From: Tubulanus polymorphus
Taxonomy: Eukaryota; Animalia; Nemertea
Assembly: GCF_964204645.1 (NCBI RefSeq)
Contig: NC_134036.1
Location: 11,263,859-11,327,858 of the forward strand
Length of the DNA: 64,000 nt
Direction: 5' to 3'
Part shown: piece after piece, positions 12,361-26,243 of the stretch
Position numbering within the stretch: the stretch's first letter is position 1
How the letters are laid out: every line of letters starts with the position of its first letter
Notes under the pieces: model-generated
The model's database searches: none
What the model was told of the DNA's origin: nothing
What the model saw: only the letters and a program-made list of their open reading frames with translations
Made by a program: the position numbers and the translations under genes

Positions 12361-14384
12361 TTTTGGTCTATTTGATACAGTACACGGTGGATCTCTATCA
12401 ATTCAAAAACTGCTTCGGATTGCTAACTGTAACTACCAAAATAATATGCATTCAGCACAGTCAATTGGGTTTGTTTTATACAGCTGATGACAATTCTTCT
12501 CCTACAGAAAGTTTAACAAATAATTGTCTACTTTTGGGTTTATTGGAAGCTTTTACTGTCCAGGGCCGTACTTAGCATTAGACGTTGGGGGCGGGGGCAG
12601 AGAAACCTGCAAAAGAGGGCACTTTTCCATGATTTCTGGGGGGGCAATGCTGTCAACCCTCCCGGTCCCCACTACATAATGCCCTGCTAGAATTATTTTT
12701 AGTGTTACTGGCTGTTTTCACATTTACTCAATACTTTCTTTTTACAGTCAATCTTCGGGAATCAAGTACACAACCGAAGAAGGCAGCTAAATTTTCTGTT
12801 AACTTACCAAAACCACCATCACTTAAACGAATGGATGCGATGACAAGTAGAAATAAATCACCATTTGCGATAACTGAACGAACAACAAGCCCTGAATCAC
12901 CACCACTTAGGCAGCCTCTTGTACCGAGGACTACTCTGTTACCAAATGAAGATATGTCATCTCCTGGTTTACTAAGATTTAAAAGACCAGACACCACTAG
13001 TAGGAGACATTCCCAACCAGATATGATGTCACCTAAGCCATCAAGTAGTCGTAGTTTAATGAATCCTCATCCAATAATGTCAACCCCACCTGCTCCAGCT
13101 CCGCCTGCTACATCTTCAGATACACGTATGTACTAAACCATCATTTTATAATATGTTTGTGAATACTGATTAATCATACAGTATGTCAATCAACCACAGT
13201 TATACAAGCCTTGTTGAGTGAGATAATACGTTAAAACAAACTGCCATACGATAGGTATGTAATTAACATTGCATCTACACTAATTTTATTGGAGAATGCA
13301 ATTTTCGTAAGTAAAACGAACACATCCATACCGAGTGCTTTTTTTTTTCGTGCTTTATTTTTCGGCTACACATAGTTGAACATTTCTATTTACTGATATT
13401 GCATTAAATATATATTCATCGATAAGATTTATAATGAAAATTATCATCTACACACCACGCTAATACAACATTATTGGAAGTTTATCTAAACAGAGGTGTG
13501 TATCTAATGTATCGTTAATGCCGCATTTAGGGCTACTATAGACGCTGAGATATGGCATTTGTCTGTATTGTAAACAGGCATATTTGAATTGTAAATTGTT
13601 GCAATTTTCTGATGTAACAAAGCTTCTTTGGTTGATAAATGTCTTTTGATTTCCCTAAATATATATGTAGCGTCACCCTGTGTTACAGGCCTGATTATTT
13701 TTAATTTTAAGTTTTAATTTTTTCTTGTAGTTCAGAGCATTTACCGGTCACTGCAGATCATCATTGAACTGCTTAAGGAAAACATAAATCTTTCAAGAAC
13801 TATGTTTAGTGAACTGGCACAAGAGGAGGACATGGTGGATGTTAAACAAATGGACACATTAGAATAACTTCAATTGTTAGACCAGACACTCAAGACTCCA
13901 AAGCTGCCGTTGGTAGGTATCATGATGAATAGATAATTCACTCAGCCAAATTCACTCTGAACAAAATGTGTGGGTCGTATATCCAAATCCACTGAATACA
14001 ATTTTTGTGTGGGTCGTATATGATGTATTGGAACTTTTCTAAACTTGCAATTTAAAAATTTTTTCAAGTTAGATTTTTACTTTTGTCACAAAAAACATCA
14101 ACATTCCAAATAGATGCGACATTAAATTTCAAAGAATAAAATGAAGCTCAAGATGGTCTCTTGAGTGTGTTTAAATTTGATTATTTTACTCCTATTTAGA
14201 ATAAATATCTTATGCGTATTGGTGTTAATAGTGCCAGTGATATGGTTAGAAGAGTTATGAGAAAAATTGGAAAATTCAGTTTAAAAGGGAAAAAAGGCAA
14301 ACCTTCAATGCAATTCAAATACTAGAAAATATAATTTTAAGAAAGTATCACAGCAATAGAATAAAGAAATCAATAGCTGCAGCA

Positions 14385-15142
14385 TTGAATCCAGATTGAT
14401 AGCTGGCTGGCAGCCATTGTAATTTGGTGAAAATTGGGCCTATCTGCGATTTGTCATTGAATTTTTAAGTAGAAGTTGATCCAACGTTTTTTTATTTACA
14501 ATTGCTACATCAGTCATTGATAGGATCACCCTTGGCTTTTCATCATATGTAGCAAAATTATTTCAAAATGTTTGTTTCTGTAAGAATAAAAATCATTCAT
14601 TCAAGCATCTTATTCTATCCTCATTTAAAGAAGAAAAAAACAACGGTCATTATTGGAGGTTCTGAAAAATCAATTTGATCACTAATTATACGTTATCGTT
14701 AATAAGTTTTATTAAATGTCTATCAGATCCAACTTTTTTTCTTTTAGTGCAACTTTAAGTTATATTTCAACAACGATTGCAAAAATACATGAATGCAACA
14801 TGATAGAAATAATAAATTTTTGACAGCCATAAAGGCTGTACGTACACTCATCAGCACAATCATTAGGCCCTTTAAAAATGTTTATGATAAGTTATTACAA
14901 TAGTTTCTAAATTAAAGCACATGGAGGTTTGTTACTCAATATATCTTCTATTTACTGCATATTTTGTAACCGCAATGAATTGCAAAAATTGTAGCCTTGA
15001 CATGTTCTATCATTGTGGTGTGTTTCAAGTTCATTAGTTTCTGTATATGTTCACCAGGAGGCGTTAGATATTGAAATTCCAGATTATCAAGCACTTATGG
15101 TGCCACTTCCCAAGTGGGCCTGGTGTCCTTGTACCCCTAGTT
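14385..15142 (+). mobile_element. 3' part of another HINE copy
   Basis: Ends CCCAAGTGGGCCTGGTGTCCTTGTACCCCTAGT (subterminal inverted repeat of GCCCACTTGGG). 14950-15140 aligns with 12170-12360. 5' boundary approximate. Confidence 0.55.
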
Positions 15143-16003
15143 TGGTAGCTAGTTACTCGAAAATACCTAAATCTGGATGATGATGTTGAAAGATTTGTGA
15201 TCGATAGAATTTATTTTGAAATAATTAAATTCTCTTTTTTAGATGCTGGCAAAAACTGTTTCGAAAGGTTAATGTGAGTGAAGATGTGATATCTGATACA
15301 TTGAAATATGCACCACATTTGAAAACAAAAAGAGTGTAAGTGTTGGATAAAGCCATTTTCTACATCTAGTGTTCACTTAGGCAGGTTGGCTTGCAGTTTT
15401 TGTGTTTTAGCTTTGTTAACGTAGTCACTAAGTCACTAGTAGCATTAGCTACTAATATGATTCGAAAATCTGTCGCCCTAAAATCAATAAAAAAGAAGTG
15501 CGATCCTAAACTTATGTACGTATAATTAAAAAACCTTAAGGCTAAAAGAACATGATACCTTGTATCTCCAGAGCAGTCAGGTCATTTATAAATTCCAATG
15601 AAAAACTTGATCAGTTCATTTCTATAGCTGCCGCGTCTTTGGAGAAACAAAGTATTATTTTTAGTATTTAAGTATCATTTTCAGCCCACTTGGGACTTTT
15701 GTCCTGTTTTGAATAGAGTCAATATCAGCCAATCCAAAGAGCACGCTTGAATACATCTTTTTTGATTTATAACCAGTACCAAAGCTTCAAGGCATGAACC
15801 TCCTGTTTAGAATTAGGATAATAATGCTATTTTGCTGAGAATTGAAATTAATAATGGCATCTACTAATTCCTTGAGTGTGGGATTTCTTCATTTAATTTT
15901 TTTTTCTTACACAATTATTTTTGTAGTTGAATTATTGAAAATTGTTAAGATTTTAAGATTATTCGCTGAGTGTATATCTTACACTTGCAGCACTGAACTA
16001 AAG

Positions 16004-16347
16004 CCATCCTCGCTTGCCAGTGTTTGATTGCTGACCGTTTGATCACGCCAACACAAAAGCTGGCCACTAAAAACCCTTCATTGGTCTAATACATCGCCCA
16101 AGATTTCTTGGGCGGACAGATTCCCGCTCTGCGGCTGCCAGTCTGTGTATCTAGCTTACCAGATGCATTGGTCTATAAATACCACACATCTGATTGGCTA
16201 GATATATAGACTGGTGGGTGCTGAGGGGGAACCTGTCCGCCTAAGAAGTAGTGGGCAATGCAATAGACCAATGAAGGGTTTGCGGCCAGGGTTTGTGTTG
16301 GAGTGAGCTTCAGCAGGCGGCAATCAAACCCTGGCAAGCGAGGATGG
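16004..16347. mobile_element. Fully palindromic MITE-like element
   Basis: CCATCCTCGCTTGCCAG...CTGGCAAGCGAGGATGG, with arms pairing through to the centre near 16175. Confidence 0.8.
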
Positions 16348-16599
16348 AATAGTTGGCTGGCTAGTTGTCATGTCCGTAGAATATTTCAAGGTACTTACCT
16401 AAAATAATTCTTGAACTATTTTATTTACTCAAGTTATATTTTGTTAGTGTTTTTTGTGATAGAAAATATTTGGATTCAATTTGAATTATAATAAAAATCT
16501 ATAAATTAAAATCTATCAAAATATTTTTTTCCTATGTTTTTGGAGTGATTGTTTTGTTATGTATCGAGGTGAAGGAGCCCCTAAATGTGGTGAAAATAA

Positions 16600-16787
16600 C
16601 TTATTCCAACGTTGTTGTAACGTTTTCTAGTGACATTTGACATTGTATTCTAAACGTTGTATAAACATCACCGCAACCTAACATGGCAAAGCTGTGGCAG
16701 ATGATTATAACGTTTTTTTATAAACGTGGTGATGTTGCGCATCCAACCTTTTTGGAACATTGTGAAAACGTTATTTTGTTACTTGGG
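16600..16787. mobile_element. Right terminus of a CCC-ended EnSpm-like element
   Basis: Ends GTTATTTTGTTACTTGGG with clustered AACGTT subterminal motifs. Left terminus not found. Confidence 0.5.
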
Positions 16788-16809
16788 TAGGTACATAATA
16801 CATGTGTTG

Positions 16810-17090
16810 AATACCATATCGGAGATTTAGTCTGGGTCTAAACGCCCGCCATTTCGGCCAGGCAGACTAAGAAATTGTCCTGTCTTTGGACTGGTCCGTT
16901 TACGGTCACGCGCGTAGTCAACGACGTGGTCATTCGTGTTGAAAATCTCGAAAACCACAATGTCAAATACATACATTTCAATCGATTGAAGTCCTATGTG
17001 GCCGCTGATTCGCCCCTAGGTGCGATGTCCTCCGAGGCCCTTTCCAGTAGAACAAGATCTGGCTGAAGAACCCGCTTGCCCGGCTTTCTA
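16810..17090 (+). pseudogene. Gypsy integrase C-terminus, lineage B
   Basis: YHIGDLVWV*TPA...KKLSCLWTGPFTVTRVVNDVVIRV...HFNRLKSY...RTRSG. Confidence 0.85.
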
Positions 17091-17138
17091 ATCGTTGTCC
17101 AAAAATCTATTCATCAATTTGTCACTCTTTTATTACAG

Positions 17139-17850
17139 GTCGAGCATCAAGAAGAAATGTCGTTTCTGCTCCAAGCATTTTCGATCGGAAACTATCGAAT
17201 CACATTCCAACGGGTGCGAGGGGCGGCCTGTCCCTGGCCGCTGCTACAAATGCCGTGACTGCGGCCGAGTATCACACACTAAACTTTCTGCGCGTCAGCA
17301 CGGGAAGTATTATGTGAAAATAGCGAATCGCGACCCAGGGTACGAGGTCATTTCTAAGAGTGACGAAAAGTCACCGCAGCGCAAGATCGTACGCACCGAG
17401 GAGTGGGACAGAGATCCTGCTCTTACGATTTCAGAATCTCCTGGCCGCACCGATGACCGTCGGGCGCGTCGTGAGGCCGACCGGGCCCGTCGGGCACGCG
17501 TGAAAGCAAGCATGGTCGAAAGTGACCGCATCGCAGAGGAGGCCCGTCAGCTGGACGCGACCTTTCTTGCGCGACAGACCGACGGAGGTTTGGAAATTTC
17601 GTCGCGACACCAAGGCCAGGAAGGCAATGGCTCGGCTGAAGCCCAGTAATCCTGCATCAATCGCGACGCCTCAGATCGCGACGCCTCAGATCGCGACGGC
17701 TCAGATTGCGCCGCCACCGATCGCCACGCCTCCAATCGTGCCGCCACTGATCGCGATGTTTTACTTTCCTGGGGAAGCCAAGAGTCTCCTTGCCGTATTC
17801 ACTACCCAGGCGGACCCGTGTAGCGAGCGCAGCAGAATGACTACGACTAC
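17139..17850 (+). pseudogene. Gypsy lineage B accessory ORF: tandem zinc fingers, charged helix and 15-bp tandem repeats
   Basis: Acceptor CTCTTTTATTACAG ending 17138. CRFC-x11-H-x3-C then CRDC-x12-H. ATCGCGACGCCTCAG repeats at 17660-17755. 3' boundary approximate. Confidence 0.62.
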
Positions 17851-17908
17851 GCTACCTATGGAAAACAGCAGTCAATTATTTTCATATATTTACACCATAA
17901 CCGCTACA

Positions 17909-18850
17909 GGTCCATTCTCCATCATTGAAGTAGTTAGTGATGCTTTATAAACTATCCGTTCAGGGAAAGTCTGTGACAGCTCATTTCGATCGTCTCAAGC
18001 CGTATCATGCTAGTTACGTTTGTCCTCCCGAAATCAGAGACGAGAATATGACTGAGAGTAATTCTAGAAATTCCGACCTAACCCAGTCGGTGTATGATTC
18101 GTCGGGTCCCGTAGTAACACGTTCGGGACGTCATGGAGGAGGTTTAAAACTATCCTTCACCCTTTTTCTGGCTAAGATGCCATCTTATATTCTCACTGAC
18201 CTGTGGGTTCAATGGCTGGTGAAGTTGATTGGTATATATGAACTTTGTTTTCTATTTTTCTATGCATTTTCAGTAAATATGGACCCCGGGAACAAATGGA
18301 CATGCCACGACTGTGGTCTGTGCCTGAGCAGCACTTAAAGGAAGTCGCGTCATCAGGTGTCGTGTACGTGGAAGCTGTTTGGCCGAAAGACCTATCTGGC
18401 CGGCACGATGTTATCGTGCCTGATGTGTGGTTTCAGTAACCCGAAAGTGGTGCGGGTGATCACCCATATTTCGATGTCACATCGCGATCGTGTAAAGAAG
18501 AATAATAATACCTACATTGGATTGATTCGTACATGCGTGCCGGAGGGAGTGCCTCGGACGGTTTTTCCGAGCCTCCCTACCGCGAGTTTCGTCAGTGACG
18601 TCGGTCTGGACGAGACCATGGAATCGTTAGCGTCGCAATCCCTGGAGGATTTTCCATTTCTTCCGCCGCCGCCTTCGCCGCCGTATTCGCCTCCTCCGCC
18701 TATCGTAATTCCGACATTTTACGACTGTTTAGACATTCCTTTGCCGGAATCAGCTGCAGCTTCGACGTTTCTCCAGAAATCGTCTGAGAAGGTATCGAAG
18801 AACCTTTGAATTTATCATTACTTGCTCGAACCTCAACGCCCGTACCGGAC
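17909..18850 (+). mobile_element. Gypsy lineage A 3' region, copy 2 (integrase tail plus zinc-finger accessory pseudogene from ATG 18279)
   Basis: Colinear with about 7766-8970. Lacks the segment 7995-8220. Acceptor ends 18273; premature TAA at 18336-18338. Confidence 0.88.
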
Positions 18851-21800
18851 ACGCAGTTCCCGCGGAAACCACCACCGCTGTACTTGCGGAACCTTGAAAA
18901 GAGTGCAATAGGACAGCAAATAGGCGGCGATCTCAGAGAGTTAGGTCTGCGCCTCAAGTACGCAACAAGTGGTGGAGCCAGTGCGAAGAAGGCTATCAAG
19001 AGACTAGCGATGCAATTGAATGATTGGCCGACACCGTGCACTTATGACAGAGCCAATTCCGCACAGGTATGAAGGCCAACTATTCCGATGATATATTTCC
19101 TGGCGATGCCGATAAACAACAAGCAAGGAAGATGTTGGCGCTTGTCGTTATAAGTCTATGTCACTGCGTATACAATGAGTTGCTCTGCCAATATGCTGGT
19201 AACATTGAAATCATGAGGAAAAACTACCACGTGTCATTGACGTTTTCATTCGGTGTAATTGCGGAGACTGTCGGAATTGTAGGAAGAAGAGGTTTGATGT
19301 GGACGTAAGACGTGTTGGTGGCACCGATCGCATTAACACTAACACAAATAACAGCGAGTTGGCGAATAGATCGATCAGTGTTTCACTGCCGAATAATGTG
19401 ATCTACGCAAAGACTTCAGCTGGCCTTCTGGCGTGAACAATACACATATTGAACAACGCTGACGCGAATTCAGTAGCCAAGAAGCAAGTGTTCCACGGAG
19501 CGTCCGTTTTCCCGTCGAGATGGGCTAGAAAAACCTTGAACGCAAAGGTTTATATCACAGAAGCAGACAAACTAACCATGACAGGACGGCGATTCGATCA
19601 AAACTACGATCTCTTGAAGAAATGATTTTCAGTACGAGCTCAACCGTTCTGTCGACGAATATCGGAAAGAGATCCTGGACCCACAACCAAACTAACAATA
19701 CGAGCGAGACATGACAAAAATAACTGCACGTTTAACTTTCCGTGTCTCGGGGCCAAATGCGACGAGGCCATATTTAGGGGACAGGTTACGACAAATATAG
19801 CAAAATTTCTGCCTGAAGAAAGGCCCTCTACTGTGTTAACGTAGTAATATTTAAAATCACATGCAAAGCAAAAATAGTGAAACGATTCCCTTATATCATG
19901 CATGAGAGAAAAATTCACAAAAGCAAATGGAATGGCCTGCATGATGTTGTTTTTCACGCAAAAGATGAACAAAAGAGGGGACCAACATATCATTCAGTAC
20001 AAAGACAAAAGATAGTCGGCTAACTAAATTATGAATAATAATTCGTGTTTCAAAAACTTCTATCCAAGCTAATTTCAATTATTTCATTTTATTATGTTCT
20101 ATTTTATTCTGTCAAAAAGTGCGTGTAATTGGGGCGGTAGCGGCACGCCTGCATGCGCAATTGCATTGACCCCTACCCTCCTCCCTCATGTGTACGTAAT
20201 AAATGAATGACCTCCATGTACTAGGAAGACAAAACTAAAGAATCCTTGAGAACCAATGAACTTTTTTCTTAAAAAAAAACTCCAGAAAATGACCATATTT
20301 TGCCCTTGACATGGCTTAAGGTAAGGGAGAATTGATGATAAACAAGGTATAATTTCGGATCAATGTAGAGCTGCCATATAACTATTGTAAAACATTTGTA
20401 AAAACATTTTGCATTCGTCTGGTTACTTGTATCATTTATGTTCCAATTTTTTTATGTTCTCATTTCATACTAGGGCTATTGCTAGTATGATATCAGCCGT
20501 CAATCAATAGAACATCAGTTAAATCGTTAGTACAACATCTTTTTTTCGTGAAAGAACCTCCACTAGGATTTCAATTTAATCTAAGAGGTCCAGAGACACC
20601 ACGCCGATGGTTTGAAATGCCCAACAGAAAATTCCGATATTCAACACACCTTGGTGAACATTTGAAATCATATAGAAAGCGATGACCTTAAAACTCACCA
20701 CAATCATACAACATGTCAATAGCTACAATTTTGTTAAAGCATACTTTTCCGAAATGTTTACGTTTCTTTCATGCATTTCATCCCTGCTAAGTATAGGCCT
20801 ATGGTATTCGGCCAGTTTAAAGCTGGAATCAATTTTCAACAGGTTAATCGACAGTGAATAGGGAGAAAGGAAATACGAGCTTTTTACACTCGGCGTGCAA
20901 GAATTGTGGACGACACGAGCAAAATGGACGACTAATCATTCTCGATACGTTCAATGAAATGGAAAGCGTTTACTATTTCCACAGCGAAATCTTCGGTCTA
21001 TGGCGGCATTCGGTTTATAGCGGCATTGGGGCCACCCGACGGTGGGCGTAAAGGCGAGATTTAGAAAGATATAGCAACTAGCAAATGAGTACGATCCTTG
21101 GATCACAAAGTTGATGCGTTCTATGTTTCAAAAGAAGTTTGTTGTTGCTTACATTTCAAAACATCAGGATCGGCAACAATGTCACTGGGTAGGAAGAGTA
21201 CACGAGGAGGAAGAAAATAATACAAGAACCGGGACCCTTTGAACCCGGGACCCTGAGAGTAGGTGCATCTTTCCAAGGATATAGCATTGAACAATGGTCA
21301 CGCATTGAACTTGACAAAACTTTTGAGTAGGACTTCTCATTAAATTGCAACCGAGCGAATGTTAGACGAATCGCTGTCCCGCTACAGCGATGAATGGTAT
21401 ACGATAAATATTGTCTTGGTTTTAATTATGACAAAGCTACAACTGCAAAGCTTATCACCCTAGAGTTCCTTTCTTGTCTAGATTTCAAAGGACGTGAAGT
21501 GCTAGAAAAAATCAGTACAGGTAGCATACCTCGAATATGGTGCATCGTTGGCCGGCATTCTAATGAAAGGGAGATAAAAATAGGACTACGTATGTTCGCG
21601 CTCGAAATGCATACGTATTTCTGCTGCACCGAAAATGACCTTGCTGATTCTATCTTGCGTCAGAAAGGGATATTAGTGACCATAATCTTACTGCAAATTG
21701 GAACTTGGCTGACAAATTTAAGCAGTATAATAACAGGCAAGGAGAAAATCAAGTTATCATAATCCAAATACCAAGAACAGAGATTTGTCCCATGGTAAAT

Positions 21801-22327
21801 ATCTCAAGAGATATCGAAAACATTTGTTTAAACGGGCTCTCTTTTACAAAAGGTGATATATATAAAGCCACTGTCGAGGGATTGGCAATTCAGCTGGAAG
21901 AAGCATTCATCTCTTTCTCAATATGGCTTTCCTTAAATATATGGAAATGACATCTACCACGGAGAATTTTGAAAATAAGCAGCCTAATCATCATGAAATC
22001 TAGGCTCCATAACAATAGGTACGTTGATTTAGGAGATAATTACCAATTGAAGATGTAAAGATCAATAAAAGGAGCATGCGATGAAAAGAGTAAATTTCGT
22101 TGACTCTGACTCTGATATAATTGAGTCTACAATCTCTTGACTTTTTACCATGGAACATATTTTAATGAGTATCAAATATCAGTCGAAACACAAGTAGAAT
22201 AAATTGTAATTTGTAATAAAAAAGGTAAGGTGAACGTCAACCATTCGTTGAAAAAGATGAGGTTACATTCATCAGTTTAGTACTCACAACGTCTAGTATG
22301 GGTAATGATCAATGATAGTATGTCATA

Positions 22328-24489
22328 GCCCGACGTCGGCATTGAGTCAGACGAAATCGGCATTTGGACGTGGGTCGGCAAGTCGGCTTCACCGTCGGGC
22401 CGACGTTTCCACGCCGACCTCGGCGGGGCAAATACATGTTTCTGATGCATTCGCTCTAATTTTAGCATAATATATGATAGTAAATATTATGTAGGTATAT
22501 GTATAGCGTAGTTTTGTTTCAAAATTATTAATTCTTGTTACGGTCATCTTTTCGTCGTCGGGCCCGTTAACCTTATGCCGACCAAGATGGTGGTGCCCTC
22601 TTTCGCCCCATTTGAGAATTATTTAAATAAGGACGATATCAATACCTCAGTTATTAATGATAATTATCAATGATACACATATACGTTTGATTATATGTTA
22701 TTAAAAAAGGTTGTTAAACTGAATAAAAAATTGAAAGTTTTGTTTTGTTTTTGTTTTTTGAGGCCGGCGTGGTGCGCAGATCTTCCGCCGGCATTTTGGT
22801 TCCATACTGTTCGCTCTTTTTTTCGTATTCTTTGTTATCAAAATTGCTATTCATCAATCTTCTAGTTGTAACAAGTGTAATTACAAGTGTTACAGTTGGT
22901 AAATGTTATTGTATTTACATGGTATTTCATATTTGCGGCTGAGTTGCTTCAATTTTAAGGCCTATTTGAAGCGACATCATATTCAATGCATTTTATTCCT
23001 AAAATAACACTTAAAATGATTAGGTTATTAGAACTATTATGTTGCAATGATTACAAATTGATTGACTCAGGTTTAATAGCTGATATCATGGATACATTAT
23101 CAGGTTTAAGTGCATTTTGAGCTAGTGCTTGGCTGCTGCCTACGTCGTTGGACTGAAAATGAGAAATATCCCCAAAAATCGCGATCCCAGACGAAAAGAA
23201 TAGACTTTAGCTAGACCTAAACTGACTCATTACTATGATCTCTATGAAGTTGATACAATTTATTAATTAAACCAGTTCATTTTCCTTTTAGGCTTGTCAC
23301 AGCAATCGAGAAATTTCGTGAGGAAAGGATGTTGGGACATGTTCTACACCAGTACAACGTCGAAGAGTGTGATATACCACTTCCCGAAGCTGCACTCGAT
23401 GATATCCAGTCATGACTTATTTACTGGTGACATTTTTAGAAGCTGTACGGGTGATCCCCTCAGAAATGACTCAAACAATGGTTGAGCGGTGAATGAGGGA
23501 ATTGGGGATGCATCAAACTTTGGCTTAAACACGCTAAAATCCTAATGATTCTGTAGTTTTGGCAAAGAATTAAACAGCAGTTGAAACCATAACAATTCAT
23601 ATTTGTGTCCCCTGCTTTAATATAGATCTTACCATTACATATGTAGTATGAAAGGATTTATTTTTGTATTATGTGATACTTATCAGAAAAAGAAAGTGTG
23701 GATTTTTCTAAAATTCTTAAAAAACACTTAGATGAGTCATCTAACTGTGCATATCATTCAGGCATTAATCATACATATATTGCTTTGTTTATTTGTTATT
23801 ATGTCTTTAAAATAGTTTAAAATTGTTGTTAGCAATCGAAGAAATGCTTTTAAAACGACTTGGTATTATGTAAATATTATATGATCGGCGAGTTATCAAG
23901 TTGAAAATTGGCGACAGTAAATTTCTCTTTTATTACTTTTATAGTTTATCTCAAAATCTATGTAAACTATTTAAAATTATGTATTGATTTTTGTTTTCCT
24001 ACTAAAGGAAAAGACTTGTTCATGTAATTCTCTATAGTTGTCTCAGGTATCTTATGGAAGAGGTTCCTCAAACTCAGTTCCTGGATGACGTTGGCAAACA
24101 GTCGGGGAATCGACAAATATGGACGGGGTTTGGTCAGAAAACGGTCGGATGAGGTTGGCAAACGGTCGGGGAATCGACAAATATGGACGGGTTATGGTCA
24201 GAAAAGGGTCGGATGAGGTTGGCAAATGGTCGGGGAATGGACAAATATGGACGGGGTATGGTCAGAAAAGAGTCGGGTGAGGTTGGCAAACGGTCGAGGA
24301 ACTGACGGACATACTATTAGGCAGTCGGCAAAACATCGTCATTATGTCGGCAAAGTGACGAAAACTGAACTCGGGCCGACCACTTCCCGACGAGCACGCC
24401 CGACGGTGGGACCATTGCGACACCGACTAAGGGCCGACAATCTTGCCGACTTTATTTGGACGTCGGGCCGACTAAAAATGTTGACTGGG
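22328..24489. mobile_element. Non-autonomous CCC-ended EnSpm-like element, left end eroded
   Basis: Right end AAAATGTTGACTGGG. Dense GTCGG/CCGAC subterminal motifs at both ends; GCCCGACGTC at left is the inverse of GACGTCGGGC at right. Confidence 0.55.
24090..24299 (+). repeat. 64-bp tandem repeat x3.3
   Basis: Units start at 24090, 24154, 24218 and 24282 (GTTGGCAAA...). Confidence 0.9.
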
Positions 24490-24827
24490 AGTATATAAGC
24501 GATGAATAACATTCACATAATTTTGAATAGCGGGTAGCTTAATTAAAATAGTTTAAGAAATGTTATTGTTAAGATGTGTAGTTTCCGGGCCCCTCCGCAT
24601 TAATTTCATAATTGATTTGGTAGATAATTAGCTCGATTTTTCCCGGTGCTCAGAATCTTACATTATATGCTCCCAGTTTTCTCTATTGATATTATAAGAA
24701 TTGATTTCGGCGCCTACTGGTTTAAAACTTTAGGTAAATCACTAGGCGGTCTCACCTTTTTTACACTACAAGATGTTCAAATATTTCATCTATGATCGTC
24801 CTTTAAACTTGTTTTTAATCACGAAAC

Positions 24828-24905
24828 GCGGCGGCCATGTTTGTACTGCGTGACGTCATCTGTCATGCACAAAGACGTCACACACGCGCAAGCTATATAA
24901 GTGGG
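24828..24905 (+). promoter_or_regulatory. Pol II promoter-like motif cluster
   Basis: GGCGGCCATGT (YY1-like), TGACGTCA (CRE), a second GACGTCA and CTATATAAG (TATA). Downstream gene not resolved. Confidence 0.35.
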
Positions 24906-26243
24906 TCAATAGCGCGCAAACTTCACTTTCGTGTCAGCTTTTGATCGATGAGGTTAACAAACACACGTGCCTTCCTGGCCTGGGTTTCCGACGTTAGTCA
25001 ACCGGGCGTGCTGGCGCATGTTTCTTAATTTTTCGTCAATCAGCGTCACATCTTGTATGCCTTGGGCATGCGCTTAACGACCACTCTTTTGATACTCATC
25101 AGGGATTGCATCATAATTTATTGAATAGAATGATGTGTCATCAAAATCGAAGGTTAGAGAAGTGAAAATTCTGAAATTTTGAAATTTAAACCCACCTGTC
25201 AATTCATTTTAATAATAGTCTATTGACCATATATTTTCCTCAAGACCATGAATAGGACATAGACATAGGACCCTTCATTGGCGACGATGAAAATTGATTC
25301 TCGGAAGATCGAGAAGAAAGAATGACACTGCAACGCAAAACAGATGACTTTCCTTTAAAGTGCACTAATCGAATACAAGCCCATAATACGATTCATATCA
25401 AATAGGCCTACCTGGAAAAATGTCATTGGTCACATTTCTCATAAGTCAATATTGTGGGACCAATGAGACGTAACCCTAACGAGATGTGGGGCTATCGAGC
25501 AGACTCCAAACACCGAAAGCCTTTTCTGACAGTCATATACCTACCATCATCTTCCTACTGGTATTCGATCAATGCTATGTAGAATATGGCAGATTTTTCG
25601 TGTTTTAGGAAATCTTAGACATGTTTGTGGAATCAAAAATTAATCCATTCTATTCGACATGCATGGATTTGACACTTACCAATATATATGGCAATCGACC
25701 CGATGCACACGATTAATGGATTCATTTAAAAACGGCACAGATGGAAGAGATGGCGCTTCCATAGGCCTAAGACAGAATGAAGAAATTGTTCAGCGGAATG
25801 GACATAGTTGGGTAGGCCTACGGAACCGAAAATGATATAGACATTCTACTTCAATAGTTAATTTTTTTATATCTGCTTGTAGCCTATGTGATGATTTCTT
25901 TTTTTTTTACAAATTTCAGTTATATGACATGAACATTCCACAGGCTGAATGGAATTTGACAGATATGCAAAAAGAGATTAGTCGAACAAATATGGCGATC
26001 AGGCACCTCTCGGTTGTTCATTCCAAGGCGACAATAACATAATTAATCTTGCGAATGACATTAAATCTTATGTTTTAATAGAGGTATGACATCAACTTAG
26101 GTTATAGGCCCAGGCTCTGGGGCTAAAATGATAGATACAATTAGCATTTGCTTTCAATATGCACTTTTTTGCGACAATTGTCTCAGAAAAAAGGCCTGTT
26201 TGATGACACCGAGAATACCGAGAAAACACACACAAATACCAAC

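Larger units (their letters stand above)
11244..15339 (+). pseudogene. DUF4806-like multi-exon pseudogene, probably the accessory gene of a CCC-ended EnSpm-like DNA transposon
   Basis: Exon remnants DYPAAVQKCKQCEYTSNLDSNDEE (about 11364-11519), a Ser/Pro-rich exon (about 12748-13125), IIIELLKEN...LQLLDQTL, YLMRIGVNSASDMVRRVMRKIGKFSLKGKKGK (about 14200-14310) and ISDTLKYAPH. Stops and frameshifts. Family call is from motif recall. Confidence 0.6.

Noticed and set aside
19245-19310. IRCNCGDCRNC as a CXC tail of an Academ-like transposase
   Set aside because: Too short, frameshifted, and without upstream transposase motifs.
24090-24299. Regular repeats as a CRISPR array
   Set aside because: Head-to-tail 64-bp units with no unique spacers, eukaryotic context and no cas genes.
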